Shown here: one piece after another, positions 14,163 through 23,910 of the stretch | Layout: the number at the start of each line of letters is the position of its first letter | Numbering within the stretch: the first letter of the stretch is position 1 | NCBI GenBank assembly: GCA_044359815.1 | Contig: JBIKLL010000038.1 | Coordinates: 1-23,910 of the forward strand | Reading direction: 5' to 3' | Source of the DNA: Pseudobdellovibrionaceae bacterium | Lineage (GTDB): Bacteria; Bdellovibrionota; Bdellovibrionia; Bdellovibrionales; Bdellovibrionaceae | DNA length: 23,910 bases | Notes under the pieces: model-generated | Told to the model about the DNA's origin: nothing | Seen by the model: only the letters and a program-made list of their open reading frames with translations | Database searches by the model: none | Position numbers and translations under genes: made by a program

Positions 14163-16829
14163 TCAATCCAGAATTTCAAAATCTTCATAGGGTTTATGAT
14201 TTTGCTTTTTGACTTGATGTTTTTGTTGATTCTGAACCGAGCTCCACAGCAGGGGTCTGAATTCTGCTGGGTCTAACCCCAGATCCCGCAAATGCGCTTC
14301 TGCAGCTTGAAACCACTTTTCGGGATTGCGCTTCCAATTGTATACATCTAATCCAGAAAATTTGGGCTGCAGCAATATTGGTGCACTGGCATTGAGCCCT
14401 TTATTCATAAAGGCTCTCCACCATTTGATCTGCAGGGCTGCCATAAACTCATCCTCGGGGGCATCAAAAAATCTGGCCTCAATTCGGTCAGTGACACGGT
14501 TAAAATTTGGAAACCATTTTTGCTTGGGATTTTTGATGTCCAAGGTTTTTTCCATATACTGATCAGGTATGATTTCTGTCATTAATGCCGTCACGTTCAG
14601 CGGCACGTACTTAGGTTTGCGGCCCACATAAACATTAAAATATTTTTCCTGATACAACAGCTTTGCCAATTCCATCCAATCACCCTGAAACTGATTCAGC
14701 TTTTCAATCAGAGTCTTTGTAAGCTTCACCGGAGTCGAGGCATGCGACCTAAATGGATGCTGCCACATAAATAAAATCAGCTGCTGATTGCTTTCAAAAT
14801 AATTAATCATATTCACGATGGCCCGTGCGCCTTGCTTGGGGGGCAAAAGCTCTTTGATTTTTTTAATATCCATGTTCATGTGAGCACCGCCAGCACTTCT
14901 GCGAGGCCTCATATTTAATTTTCTGCCAGTCACAAAAACTTGCTTTAAAGCATCATCAAATTCATAGGGTACAATTTTGGGAGTAGGAACTTCGACATGA
15001 CCGCCCCAAGCACGCAAGGGCTTCCCATTTTTGTAAGTTCTTTGAATCCCATCCCATTCAACACGCCAAGTTTTACCCTGTGAATCTTTGAACTGGTATT
15101 TCACAATGATATTGTGTCCATGCCCGCCTTTTTCAATTAACTCGGGAGCTGTGCCGCCAATGGCCTCTGACAACTGGGTGGCGTATCTGAAAATCATTGC
15201 CTGCGCCTGCGATTGACTTCTGGGTTCAAATCCAGAGGTAAACCTTAAGGAATACTCAACTCCCAAAGCAATCTGATTAATAGGGATCTGACCGGTTTCG
15301 GCCACCCTTATGGATGGCAGATTTTTAGGACTGGGTATTAGGTAATTTTCAAAATCAATGTCCAGTCTGACTTTTGCTGAAAAATCAAATAAGGCTTTTT
15401 CGATACGAGCCATTGTAGCCGCTCGCAATTGATTGGCAGGAATCTGTTTTTTGACTGAACTCAAATATTTTTCAGCGATCGCTTTTAATGCGTAAGCATA
15501 TTCTTTTCGCGCCGTAAACATCAGGCCTTTTTTATAACTTAAATCAAAACGACTTTCCCAATTAAAAAAAGGCGACAAGATTCTGTTGCGATAATGATTG
15601 TCTGAATTTCCATGAGTTGAAAACTTCATTTCTTTAAACTGTTCTTCGAATTGCTTTAAGGGCTTGAGCTCGGATTCTGACAGCATGCCCTCAAACAATT
15701 TTTCAAGGGGCGTTGAGGGGTCAAATTGATTATCCCGAAAATCACGCAGTCTTGCATAATCACCACTGACCAAATGAGCCTCAATCATCATATCGATCAA
15801 TGGCTCCTTAGGGCCTTTGTTACCCGATCGGATTTCCCAATCAGGCACTGATCCTGAACCCTGCTCAGGGATATCGGGATGGGCCTTGAAATTTCTGGCA
15901 CCAATCATCCTATGCATGTCTTCAAAAGCTTCGACTTTGTTTTCAACAAAAGCTTGATACAGTCGCTTCAGTGATTGACGAGTGTAAACCCCCAGATAGG
16001 GATGAAACAAAATCGAATCGATTTCTGTAGGGTCACGTTTCATCTGTCGCCAAAATAAAAACCATGTGGTGGCATCCAACAATTCAATATATTTAGGACC
16101 AATGCGTTCGCGCTCAGCCCGATCAGTGGGCCATCCATGAAATTTGTGCTGATGACCGACCCGACCTTCCAGATAGGTTTCAATTTTAGATTTTAACTTT
16201 AAATATTCCGTGCGATCAGCTAAGCCCAAATCCAACAACACTTCGTAAGAACCTAGATCGTCCATAACCCTAACAGACTTTGGCGCACGATCCGAAGGCA
16301 GCAAATCATCAAAACTTAAAATCTCGGCATCAAAAAGCTCTTCAATTTTCTGCACCTCGATCAAATCAAAAAAGTTTTCCTGTTTCAGTAAAAACATTAA
16401 TTTTTGATAAGGTGTTCGTTGTCCCCAATTGTTGGGCTGGACTTCAGATCTGAGTTCCAAATCCTGAAGCCAATTAAATAATCGCCCTTTACGGTTTTTG
16501 ATTTCATGATCAAATTTGTTTCGCAATTTTTGGTGAGCTTCTGGCTTGACTTGATTAAACCAAGCCGCAATGTCCGAATACAATAAGCCTTCCTTTTCCA
16601 AACTGCGAACGATGGGCATAGGACTGCCATAAGAATTTAAAATTTTTCCTTCAGTTGTTAGCTGATTATCAACAGAGTATTTATGGTCTTTGATTTTTTG
16701 AAAAGTTTGATAGGCATCAAGGGAATGTGGGACAAAAGCATATTCGCACAAATTCACTGACAGGGCTTGAAAGCCCGCCAAGTTCATTGCAATAAAAAAC
16801 CAATAAATTAAGGCTCCCCTAAAGCGCAA
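14163..16829 (-). CDS. Large exported hypothetical protein with putative amidoligase (COOH-NH2 ligase/GCS-fold) domain(s)
   Basis: 888-aa ORF with hydrophobic N-terminus; C-terminal half has LGVEYS, WRVEWDG, VEVPTP, GGAHMN, KYVPLN, IEARFF in amidoligase_2 order. The CDS is secure; the function is inferred from motifs. Confidence 0.65.
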   Translation of the reverse strand: MRFRGALIYWFFIAMNLAGFQALSVNLCEYAFVPHSLDAYQTFQKIKDHKYSVDNQLTTEGKILNSYGSPMPIVRSLEKEGLLYSDIAAWFNQVKPEAHQKLRNKFDHEIKNRKGRLFNWLQDLELRSEVQPNNWGQRTPYQKLMFLLKQENFFDLIEVQKIEELFDAEILSFDDLLPSDRAPKSVRVMDDLGSYEVLLDLGLADRTEYLKLKSKIETYLEGRVGHQHKFHGWPTDRAERERIGPKYIELLDATTWFLFWRQMKRDPTEIDSILFHPYLGVYTRQSLKRLYQAFVENKVEAFEDMHRMIGARNFKAHPDIPEQGSGSVPDWEIRSGNKGPKEPLIDMMIEAHLVSGDYARLRDFRDNQFDPSTPLEKLFEGMLSESELKPLKQFEEQFKEMKFSTHGNSDNHYRNRILSPFFNWESRFDLSYKKGLMFTARKEYAYALKAIAEKYLSSVKKQIPANQLRAATMARIEKALFDFSAKVRLDIDFENYLIPSPKNLPSIRVAETGQIPINQIALGVEYSLRFTSGFEPRSQSQAQAMIFRYATQLSEAIGGTAPELIEKGGHGHNIIVKYQFKDSQGKTWRVEWDGIQRTYKNGKPLRAWGGHVEVPTPKIVPYEFDDALKQVFVTGRKLNMRPRRSAGGAHMNMDIKKIKELLPPKQGARAIVNMINYFESNQQLILFMWQHPFRSHASTPVKLTKTLIEKLNQFQGDWMELAKLLYQEKYFNVYVGRKPKYVPLNVTALMTEIIPDQYMEKTLDIKNPKQKWFPNFNRVTDRIEARFFDAPEDEFMAALQIKWWRAFMNKGLNASAPILLQPKFSGLDVYNWKRNPEKWFQAAEAHLRDLGLDPAEFRPLLWSSVQNQQKHQVKKQNHKPYEDFEILD

Positions 16830-16967
16830 AATTTTACCCTTCCCCTACAAAAACAAGAACCCAAATATAATAGCGGCGGTTTCATTAAATCACTGTGGTT
16901 TTAACGCTTTGAAAAGAATTTCCAACAAAAAATTTAAATTTTTGATTTATTAAAAATTATTATCGCC

Positions 16968-17459
16968 CTAATAAAGTTTTGAGGGCATTTCTGAATAAGA
17001 CCCTGGCCTGTAATTGATTTTACGGGCTTTCAGCAAATCCTGATGGCTTTTTTGCGACCAACAGCAATAAGGATAAATCGCAATGCCACCGCGCGGAGTG
17101 AACTCCCCGATGACCTCAATAAATTTGGGCTTCATTAATTTAACCAAGTCATCACAGATTTTTTGCATGCAGTCCTCGTGAAAATCGCCATGATTTCGAA
17201 AGCTGAACAAATAAAGTTTCAACGATTTGCTTTCCACCATTTTTTTATCAGCGATGTAATTGATGTAAACCCTGGCAAAATCCGGCTGGCCAGTTTTAGG
17301 ACATAAGGAAGTAAACTCCATGCAAAGCAAACTGGTCCAAGCTTCAGAATCTGGGTTTTTATTATCAAAGGCCTCCAACACCGAGGGATCATAGGTGGTG
17401 GGTATGGCTGATGGTTTTCCCAATCTAAAATTCTTAAGTTCTGATTTTTTTCGGCTCAT
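16968..17459 (-). CDS. queF: NADPH-dependent preQ0 reductase (preQ1 synthase), unimodular type
   Basis: [43 protein letters not shown]; start taken at MSRKK. Confidence 0.96.
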   Translation of the reverse strand: MSRKKSELKNFRLGKPSAIPTTYDPSVLEAFDNKNPDSEAWTSLLCMEFTSLCPKTGQPDFARVYINYIADKKMVESKSLKLYLFSFRNHGDFHEDCMQKICDDLVKLMKPKFIEVIGEFTPRGGIAIYPYCCWSQKSHQDLLKARKINYRPGSYSEMPSKLY

Positions 17460-17524
17460 AACGGTTTCCACCAATAAAGGATTTATGATGGCATTTTTTT
17501 GCACGGTTTACGCAAAAGCTCAAG

Positions 17525-18238
17525 CTAAGCACGGTTGTTTAAGGGCTTTATTTTACCTTTTTCAAAGCTCATTTGTATCTGATCAGTGGCTGAATCCAAG
17601 GTTCTTAAAATATAATGAGCTTTAAGCACATTCAGTTGCTCTGCAGTCAGCACCTGGGGCTTTTTATGCAGGTAAATGTGATAAAAGCAAAGGGCTGCTG
17701 CCACTGAAATATTGTAGCTTTGTACCAGACCCCTGATCGGTAAGATCACGCATTCATCAGCCAGATCCTGGCTTAATTGACTGATGCCGGATTTTTCGTT
17801 TCCCAAAACCAGGGCGCAGTTTTGATTAAAATCAATTTCAGAAATAGGTTTTGCTTTGGGCCCCAGACTGGTAGCAAAAATTTTAATTCCGTTGGCTTTC
17901 AGATTTTTTAAACAGCTTTCGGTGTCCTTCCAACGTGTGATTTCAACCCATTTATCGGCACCAGCCGTAGTCCTTGATGATTCTTTAAAACGTTCGGTGA
18001 GTTCAATTAAATGAAAATCTGTAAAACCCAAAGCTTCAGCTGATCGCATCACGGCGCTGGCGTTACCCCTGTCATAGATGTCTTCCAAAACCACTGATAC
18101 ACTAAAATCCCTTTGGACAATCACACTGTCTATGCGATTTTGTCTGGCCTCAGTCAACTGTGACCACAGTAAATCGATAATGTCGGTAGCAGAGAATAAA
18201 TTTTTGTTAACCTGTATTTCAGAACTAAAGGGAAACAT
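17525..18238 (-). CDS. trmH: SpoU/TrmH-family tRNA 2'-O-methyltransferase
   Basis: VVLEDIYDRGNASAVMRSAEALG, LVLGNEKSG, LPIRGLVQSYNISVAA. Confidence 0.9.
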   Translation of the reverse strand: MFPFSSEIQVNKNLFSATDIIDLLWSQLTEARQNRIDSVIVQRDFSVSVVLEDIYDRGNASAVMRSAEALGFTDFHLIELTERFKESSRTTAGADKWVEITRWKDTESCLKNLKANGIKIFATSLGPKAKPISEIDFNQNCALVLGNEKSGISQLSQDLADECVILPIRGLVQSYNISVAAALCFYHIYLHKKPQVLTAEQLNVLKAHYILRTLDSATDQIQMSFEKGKIKPLNNRA

Positions 18239-19440
18239 TAAAAAATCAGCGACTGATTTTTAGCCAGATCTCTGGTGATGTTTTTCTGGTGAGCTTCCAA
18301 AGTTCCTCCGCCAATTTCTAAAAGCTTTGCATCCCTCCAAAGCCTTTCAACGACATATTCACCCACGTAACCATAGCCGCCCAGAACCTGCATAGCCCTG
18401 TCTGCCACGTTTTTACCCATAGTCGTCGCCACCAGTTTGACGCCGTCAGAATCCAATCGATTACCTTCTTTGTTTAAGTCCATTTTGCGAGCCACATCGT
18501 AAACATAGGTTTTCGCAGATTTGTATTCGGCATAGCTGTCAGCAATGTATTTCTGAACCTGTCCAAAAAAATTCAAAGGTTTACCAAAAGCCTCGCGCTC
18601 GGTGGCGTAGCGATTCATGATTTCCAATGACCGTTTGGCGATTCCTATGCTCATGGCTGCTAATGTGAGTCGCTCGACTTCTAGATTTCTCATCATATGC
18701 ATCATCGAATCGCCTTCGTGACCCACCAAATGAGTCTTTGGGACTTTGCAATCGTCAAAAACTAATTCAGCAGTGTTCGATGCACGCATTCCAGTTTTAT
18801 CCATAATTTTTTGTCCCACCGAATACCCAGACATACCTTTTTCCACCAAAAAGGTAGAAATTTTGGGGCGATCGTTGGCATCACCCGTTTTTGCATAGAC
18901 CAGAACGCAGTCTGCAGGGGTTTTGTTTTCATCCAAAGTTCCATTGGTGATCCACATCTTACGGCCATTTAATAAATAATGGTCGCCCTTTAAAGTCGCA
19001 GAAGTCTTCATGCCCAGCACATCTGTCCCTACCGCAGGTTCACTCATGGCCATGGCACCCACCCATTCACCCGAACATACTTTCGGAAGAACTCGCTTTT
19101 TTTGGTCTTCGCTGGCATTGATGGCAAAATTATTTACTATCAACATCGAATGGGCTAAATACGCCAAACACAACCCAGGATCACTATAGCTCAGTTCTTC
19201 GTGAGCAATCACCGCTGCTGTGGCATCCAGGCCCGAGCCGCCGTAGGTTTCAGGAACTGTGATTCCCAAAAGCCCCATCTGACCCAATTTACGAAACAAT
19301 GGCAGATTAAATTGTTCTTTACGGTCAAACTGATGAGCCTGAGGTTCAACCTCGGATTTGACAAAAGCCTGCAAAGACTCACGCAGCATCTGATGTTCTG
19401 GAGTGGGGTTAAATAAATCAAAAGTTTTGAAATCTGACAT
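18238..19440 (-). CDS. ivd: Acyl-CoA dehydrogenase, isovaleryl-CoA dehydrogenase-like
   Basis: AMSEPAVGTD, KMWITNG, catalytic Glu in LEVERL, and DAKLLEIGGGT (IVD type); ATG at 19440 follows AGGAG. Confidence 0.85.
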   Translation of the reverse strand: MSDFKTFDLFNPTPEHQMLRESLQAFVKSEVEPQAHQFDRKEQFNLPLFRKLGQMGLLGITVPETYGGSGLDATAAVIAHEELSYSDPGLCLAYLAHSMLIVNNFAINASEDQKKRVLPKVCSGEWVGAMAMSEPAVGTDVLGMKTSATLKGDHYLLNGRKMWITNGTLDENKTPADCVLVYAKTGDANDRPKISTFLVEKGMSGYSVGQKIMDKTGMRASNTAELVFDDCKVPKTHLVGHEGDSMMHMMRNLEVERLTLAAMSIGIAKRSLEIMNRYATEREAFGKPLNFFGQVQKYIADSYAEYKSAKTYVYDVARKMDLNKEGNRLDSDGVKLVATTMGKNVADRAMQVLGGYGYVGEYVVERLWRDAKLLEIGGGTLEAHQKNITRDLAKNQSLIF

Positions 19441-19503
19441 TGAAACTCCTGTTGAAATTTGGCTTTCGTATGTTCTAGTAAACCAATTTTTTATTGGCAA
19501 CCC

Positions 19504-20400
19504 TCAATGCTGTGTGGATGTGGTTTCAAGCCTTTTGACCGAAAATCCCTGCTTTTCTAAAAGCTTCAACAGACCCTTATCACCCACCAGATGATTAACT
19601 CCTAGGCTGACAAATAATGGGGCTTTAACCAGATTCTGAATTTCGTTGATTCTGCTGGCAAAATCTTGGTTTCGATCGACAATAAGGCATTGTTGTACAG
19701 CCGGATTGTCATCCTTGGTGATGTTTTGAATTTCTGCTTCCTGACCGCTTAAATAGAATTTCTTTGTGTCATCAAGCTCTCTAACAAAATCTTTTGCAGA
19801 TATCGTAAAATGCCGCTTTATTAGTTCGACAAATACCAGATCTTCGCAGTCTTTGTTTTTAAAGGTTTCCTCAGTGTCCAGTTCAAAAATTTGTTTTTGC
19901 TGTTTCAAAGATTCTCGGTAAATTTCAATATCAAGGGATTTTGAAGGGTCCCAATTGGTCTTACGCAAGCTAGCCATTTTGCTGTCCAAGATCTGCAGAT
20001 TATAAAAGGCCGCCTTGGGCGTTAAGAACTGAATGTACCCTTCATCAGGAATGTATTTAGACATGATGGTTTTGACATTATTATAAGTTGGCTGATCTAA
20101 AATCTCATTTAATTTTTTGCGTTTTGATCGCACCAACATATCCTGCCCCAGCTTTTTAAAAAATTCTTTCATGCCGTCTTCAGATTCATCGATACGGTTT
20201 TCAACAACTATAACTGGGGATTGTTCAAATTTCTGCAACACCATCTGAGGCAATTGTTTTTTACTGACCCCCATGTGAATTGTCCCAAACACATAGGATT
20301 TTATATTTTGTTTTTCGATTTCATAAATAAAAGGCCTCTCAATCTTGTGAGCACAGGCTGATAATAACAAAAACAACAGGGATACAAAAAAACTTTTCAC
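19504..20400 (-). CDS. TraB/GumN family lipoprotein
   Basis: GTG at 20400 after GGAGG; lipobox LLSAC; SYVFGTIH, DRNQ, FVSLGVNHL..KGLLKLLEKQGF. Confidence 0.88.
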   Translation of the reverse strand: MKSFFVSLLFLLLSACAHKIERPFIYEIEKQNIKSYVFGTIHMGVSKKQLPQMVLQKFEQSPVIVVENRIDESEDGMKEFFKKLGQDMLVRSKRKKLNEILDQPTYNNVKTIMSKYIPDEGYIQFLTPKAAFYNLQILDSKMASLRKTNWDPSKSLDIEIYRESLKQQKQIFELDTEETFKNKDCEDLVFVELIKRHFTISAKDFVRELDDTKKFYLSGQEAEIQNITKDDNPAVQQCLIVDRNQDFASRINEIQNLVKAPLFVSLGVNHLVGDKGLLKLLEKQGFSVKRLETTSTQH

Positions 20401-20401
20401 A

Positions 20402-22576
20402 TTAACCTCCGCAATCGACACATTTGATTTCTGTAAAAGGATCCAAGGATTGACCGACTTTACCGCGGGTCAGAGGCTCTGACAATTTTGAGCCTTCCCT
20501 GTAAATAGCCACAGATTTCAACCCCAGTTCCCAGGCCCTGAAATACAAATCAGAAATTTCATCAACCGTAGTGTCCATCGGTAAATTCACTGTTTTTGAA
20601 ATCGCACCACTGATAAAGGGCTGCACCGCTGCCATCATCAGCAAATGAGCTTCGGGTTTTATAAATCTTTTCCCCACTCCATTTTTCATCGCGCAATCAA
20701 ACACGGCTAAATCCTGATCTTTAATGGCGCCTTCGATGCCCTGGTGTTCTAACAAATGCTTTTCGATTTTTTTAATTTCCGATTCCTGGTATCCCCGCGC
20801 AGCCAGTCCCTTAAATAAACTGCTGCTGATAAATTTCAGACTGCCTCCTCCAGCTAAAGTCTTAAATTTAACCAACGAAAATTCGGGTTCAATACCCGTG
20901 GTTTCACAATCCATGACCAACCCTATGGTCCCCGTCGGTGCAATCACCGTCAGCTGGCTGTTACGAATCCCGGTTTTAGACAGATTTCTGAGTGCCACTA
21001 AAAACTGTCCTACAATACGGTCTTTCACAGACAAATCATCCGAAAGATTTTTCACAAACTCAAAGTGCATTTTATGCACTAGCTGCACATGTTTTTTATT
21101 TTTTGAATAGCCTGCAAAAGCGCCTTTGATTTTCGCAAAAACTGTCGATTGCATAAAACAACTGGCCTGCATCAGTGCCGAAATTTCAGAGGCTCTGTTG
21201 CGGCCTTGTTCGGAATCGTAGGGAACACCGGCTGACATCAGGGCTGCACCTAAGCCACAAATACCCATGCCCAGCGGCCTGTAGTCATGGGAATTTTGGC
21301 AGATTTTTTCGGTGGGATAGCCCGCATAATCAACCAACAGTTCTTGGGCTAAAAACACAGTTCGCACTGTGTGAATAAAATCATCGACTAAAAAATGCCC
21401 CTGGTTATCAAAAAACTTAAGCAGATTAATGCTGGCCAGGTTACAGGCTGAATCATCTAAAAACATAAATTCAGAGCAAGGATTTGAAGCCCGAATTTCA
21501 CCACTGGCTACGCAGGTATGCCACTGATTGATGGTGTCGTGAAATTGCAATCCCGGATCAGCACATTCCCAAGCGGCTTCTGCAATGTTTTTCCAGATAT
21601 CCTGGGCCGGCAAGGACTTCCAGGACTTTCCATCACTGCGAAATTTTAAATCAACAGATTGTTTTGATTTCAGAGCCTTCATAAACTGATCAGTGATGCG
21701 CACAGAATTATTAGAATTTTGCCCAGATACTGATCTGAAAGCTTCGCCCTCAAAACCATCTTGGTAGCCATTCTGAATTAACACTTTGGCCTTTTTTTCC
21801 TCGGCCCTTTTCCAGTTTATAAAATCCAACAGCTCCGGATGATCCAAATCCAGGCAAACCATTTTTGCAGCCCGTCTGGTGGTTCCCCCAGATTTGATAC
21901 TGCCAGCTGATTTATCAAATATTTCTAAAAATGACATCAGGCCTGAACTGGTGCCGCCCCCACTCAGTTTTTCAAAACGGCTTCTGAGAGATGAAAAATT
22001 TGTCCCGCTGCCTGATCCAAATTTAAAAAGCTTGGCTTCGCTCTTAAGCAGTTCGTAAATCCCGTCCATTGAATCTTCCACGCTTTGGATAAAGCAGGCC
22101 GACACCTGGGGATGCTTGTAAACGCCTTTTTCTAAAACAGGTTTACGGTTCCAAACCCAGTGCTGATCATCGCCCTTTATTCGGTACGAATCCCACAAAC
22201 CACAATTAAACCAAACGGGACTGTTAAAAAATGCCCTCTGCGAAGCTAAAATGTATTTTAGTTCCTCAAAAAATATTTTAGCGTCTTTGGGTTTTAAAAA
22301 ACCCTGTTTGACAGATTCTTTCTGAAGCACTTTTGCAACCCTGAGGATCATTTGCTTAACTGAAATTTCAGACCCTGTTTTAGGAACCTCGGTCTTACGA
22401 AAATATTTTTGAAAAGCCATCTGCACAGCCACAGTGGACCATTCGGCAGGGGCCTCAACCTGATCCCCTGACTCCAATTTAAATTTATTCCATCGCAGCA
22501 AAGAAAAGCTGTCCTTTGCACCTTTGACAAAATATGATTTTACCAGTTCATTAGGTTTTTTATTTATCATTTTCAT
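20402..22576 (-). CDS. nrdJ: Adenosylcobalamin-dependent (class II) ribonucleotide reductase
   Basis: FNSPVWFN, QVSACFI, GGTTRRAAKM, SNPCSE, ACNLASINL, IAPTGTIG, ISGAISKTVN, YREGSK; ends CVDCGG. Confidence 0.95.
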   Translation of the reverse strand: MKMINKKPNELVKSYFVKGAKDSFSLLRWNKFKLESGDQVEAPAEWSTVAVQMAFQKYFRKTEVPKTGSEISVKQMILRVAKVLQKESVKQGFLKPKDAKIFFEELKYILASQRAFFNSPVWFNCGLWDSYRIKGDDQHWVWNRKPVLEKGVYKHPQVSACFIQSVEDSMDGIYELLKSEAKLFKFGSGSGTNFSSLRSRFEKLSGGGTSSGLMSFLEIFDKSAGSIKSGGTTRRAAKMVCLDLDHPELLDFINWKRAEEKKAKVLIQNGYQDGFEGEAFRSVSGQNSNNSVRITDQFMKALKSKQSVDLKFRSDGKSWKSLPAQDIWKNIAEAAWECADPGLQFHDTINQWHTCVASGEIRASNPCSEFMFLDDSACNLASINLLKFFDNQGHFLVDDFIHTVRTVFLAQELLVDYAGYPTEKICQNSHDYRPLGMGICGLGAALMSAGVPYDSEQGRNRASEISALMQASCFMQSTVFAKIKGAFAGYSKNKKHVQLVHKMHFEFVKNLSDDLSVKDRIVGQFLVALRNLSKTGIRNSQLTVIAPTGTIGLVMDCETTGIEPEFSLVKFKTLAGGGSLKFISSSLFKGLAARGYQESEIKKIEKHLLEHQGIEGAIKDQDLAVFDCAMKNGVGKRFIKPEAHLLMMAAVQPFISGAISKTVNLPMDTTVDEISDLYFRAWELGLKSVAIYREGSKLSEPLTRGKVGQSLDPFTEIKCVDCGG

Positions 22577-22599
22577 AATTATGGATAGGGTCCAATTGA

Positions 22600-23733
22600 A
22601 TGAAAACACTTTATTTTGACTACAACGCAACAAGCCCAGTGGATCCCCAGGTGCTAGAGGCCATGAAGCCTTTTTTTACTGAAAAATTTGGCAATCCCAC
22701 CAGTCAAACCCACGCCTATGGGTGGGATGCAGAATCTGCTGTCGAGGAAGCACGTGCGCAGGTGGCAAAGCTATTGGGCTGTTTGAAAAAAGAAATCTAT
22801 TTCACAGGCAGCGCTACTGAATCCAACAACTGGGCCATTTGGGGCTTAGTGAAATCACATTTTAACGAACTGCCGATTCATATTGTAACTACAGAAGTGG
22901 AACACAAATCTGTCCTGGAGCCTTTGAAAGAATTGATTCAACTAAAACTGATCGAAGTGACTTTTGTAAAACCACAATCAGATGGATCTATTCAAATTTC
23001 AGATATTGAGTCTGCTGTTAGACCCAACACCAAATTGGTGTCAGTGATTTGGGTGCAAAACGAAATCGGCACTATCGCCAAGGCTTCTGAAATCGCTCAG
23101 TTTTGTCATGACAGAAAAATTTATTTTCACACGGATGCCACACAGGCTATTGGTAAAATAAATATTAATCTGCAGGATCAGAAAATCGATATGCTGTCAT
23201 TTTCAGGGCACAAGATTTATGCCCCCAAAGGCATTGGCGTTTTGTACATCAGATCCAATAATCCCAAAGTCACGTTAGCGCCTTTTATCAGCGGCGGTGG
23301 TCAGGAAAGCTCTATGCGTTCAGGAACACTCAATGTCCCTGGTATAGTGGGCATAGGTAAAGCCTGTCAATTGGCTCAGATGCATTTGTCCACTGAACCT
23401 GAAAGGCTGCTGGGACTTAGAAATAAATTTTTGGATTTAATTTATCAAAATTTCCCAGGCGCTGAATTGAACGGCGGATTAGAAAACCGTATCTGCAATA
23501 ATATGAACATCTTTTTTAAAGGTTATAAGGTTCCTGGTCAGTTCGCCAATCTGGCAGTCAGCCAAAGCTCGGCCTGCCTGTCGGGTCCAGCCAGCACCAG
23601 TCACGTCTTAAAGGCCATCGGCAGAAGCACCGAGGAAGCCGATAAATCCCTCAGAATCAGCCTTGGCCGATATACCACTGAATCGGAAATCCACAGCGCC
23701 ATCGAAATCCTCAAAAACCAAATAAAAAAATAA
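22600..23733 (+). CDS. iscS: Cysteine desulfurase, IscS/NifS family
   Basis: YFDYNATSP, FGNPTS, HTDATQ, SGHKIYAPKGIG, RSGTLNVPG, catalytic SQSSAC. Confidence 0.92.
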   Translation: MKTLYFDYNATSPVDPQVLEAMKPFFTEKFGNPTSQTHAYGWDAESAVEEARAQVAKLLGCLKKEIYFTGSATESNNWAIWGLVKSHFNELPIHIVTTEVEHKSVLEPLKELIQLKLIEVTFVKPQSDGSIQISDIESAVRPNTKLVSVIWVQNEIGTIAKASEIAQFCHDRKIYFHTDATQAIGKININLQDQKIDMLSFSGHKIYAPKGIGVLYIRSNNPKVTLAPFISGGGQESSMRSGTLNVPGIVGIGKACQLAQMHLSTEPERLLGLRNKFLDLIYQNFPGAELNGGLENRICNNMNIFFKGYKVPGQFANLAVSQSSACLSGPASTSHVLKAIGRSTEEADKSLRISLGRYTTESEIHSAIEILKNQIKK

Positions 23734-23910
23734 ATTTTAAAAAAATATGTCTATGATTTTATATCTTGTGAATACATTTGCGAGCGCGCATGGCATATCT
23801 GGTGTTGTGTCATAAAGTGAAAGCGTAATTTTTATTGATTCTGAATTAGTCTTCTGAAGGCAGATTTTCTATTTTCAAATATTTCTTTATTTTATACCTT
23901 TTGAATACTT

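Noticed and set aside
17460..17524. preQ1 riboswitch upstream of queF
   Set aside because: No preQ1 stem-loop and A-rich tail consensus recognisable in this short spacer.
765..22530. Remaining short ORFs nested in or antisense to assigned genes (e.g. 765..953, 3882..4163, 5937..6245, 13589..13861, 20724..21110)
   Set aside because: They overlap well-supported CDSs and show no recognisable motifs.
23734..23910. Possible feature in the AT-rich window end
   Set aside because: No supported ORF, terminator or repeat partner is visible within the window.

Overview
Moderately AT-rich bacterial chromosomal window. Gene content (many signal-peptide hypotheticals, RluA-MTase fusion, class II RNR, TraB/GumN lipoprotein) is suggestive of a Bdellovibrionota-like organism, but this is inference only. 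Left: partial Cys-rich protein, an MlaF-like ABC ATPase with altered catalytic motifs, a beta-CASP MBL hydrolase, DUF4442 and DUF4010 proteins, a CBS protein and two secreted hypotheticals. Centre (about 6270-9185): an accessory region downstream of a minus-strand tRNA-Arg(TCG). It holds three extra copies of the tRNA 3' end delimiting small modules: an RtT-like structured repeat ending in CCA; brnT'-brnA-DUF4440; a tandem USP gene; and a second, TA-deleted and nonsense-mutated DUF4440 cassette. No integrase is present in the window. Right: lemA-TPM-TPM, a pseudouridine synthase/RlmI-K methyltransferase fusion, a ~340-bp foldback element, an S8 protease, an 888-aa signal-peptide protein with amidoligase-like motifs apparently present twice, queF, trmH, an isovaleryl-CoA dehydrogenase-like gene, TraB/GumN, nrdJ and iscS. 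Best candidates for something undescribed: the tRNA-3'-end-bounded cassette stack, two long foldback elements that mirror the 3' end of a neighbouring gene, and the putative secreted twin amidoligase next to a subtilase.
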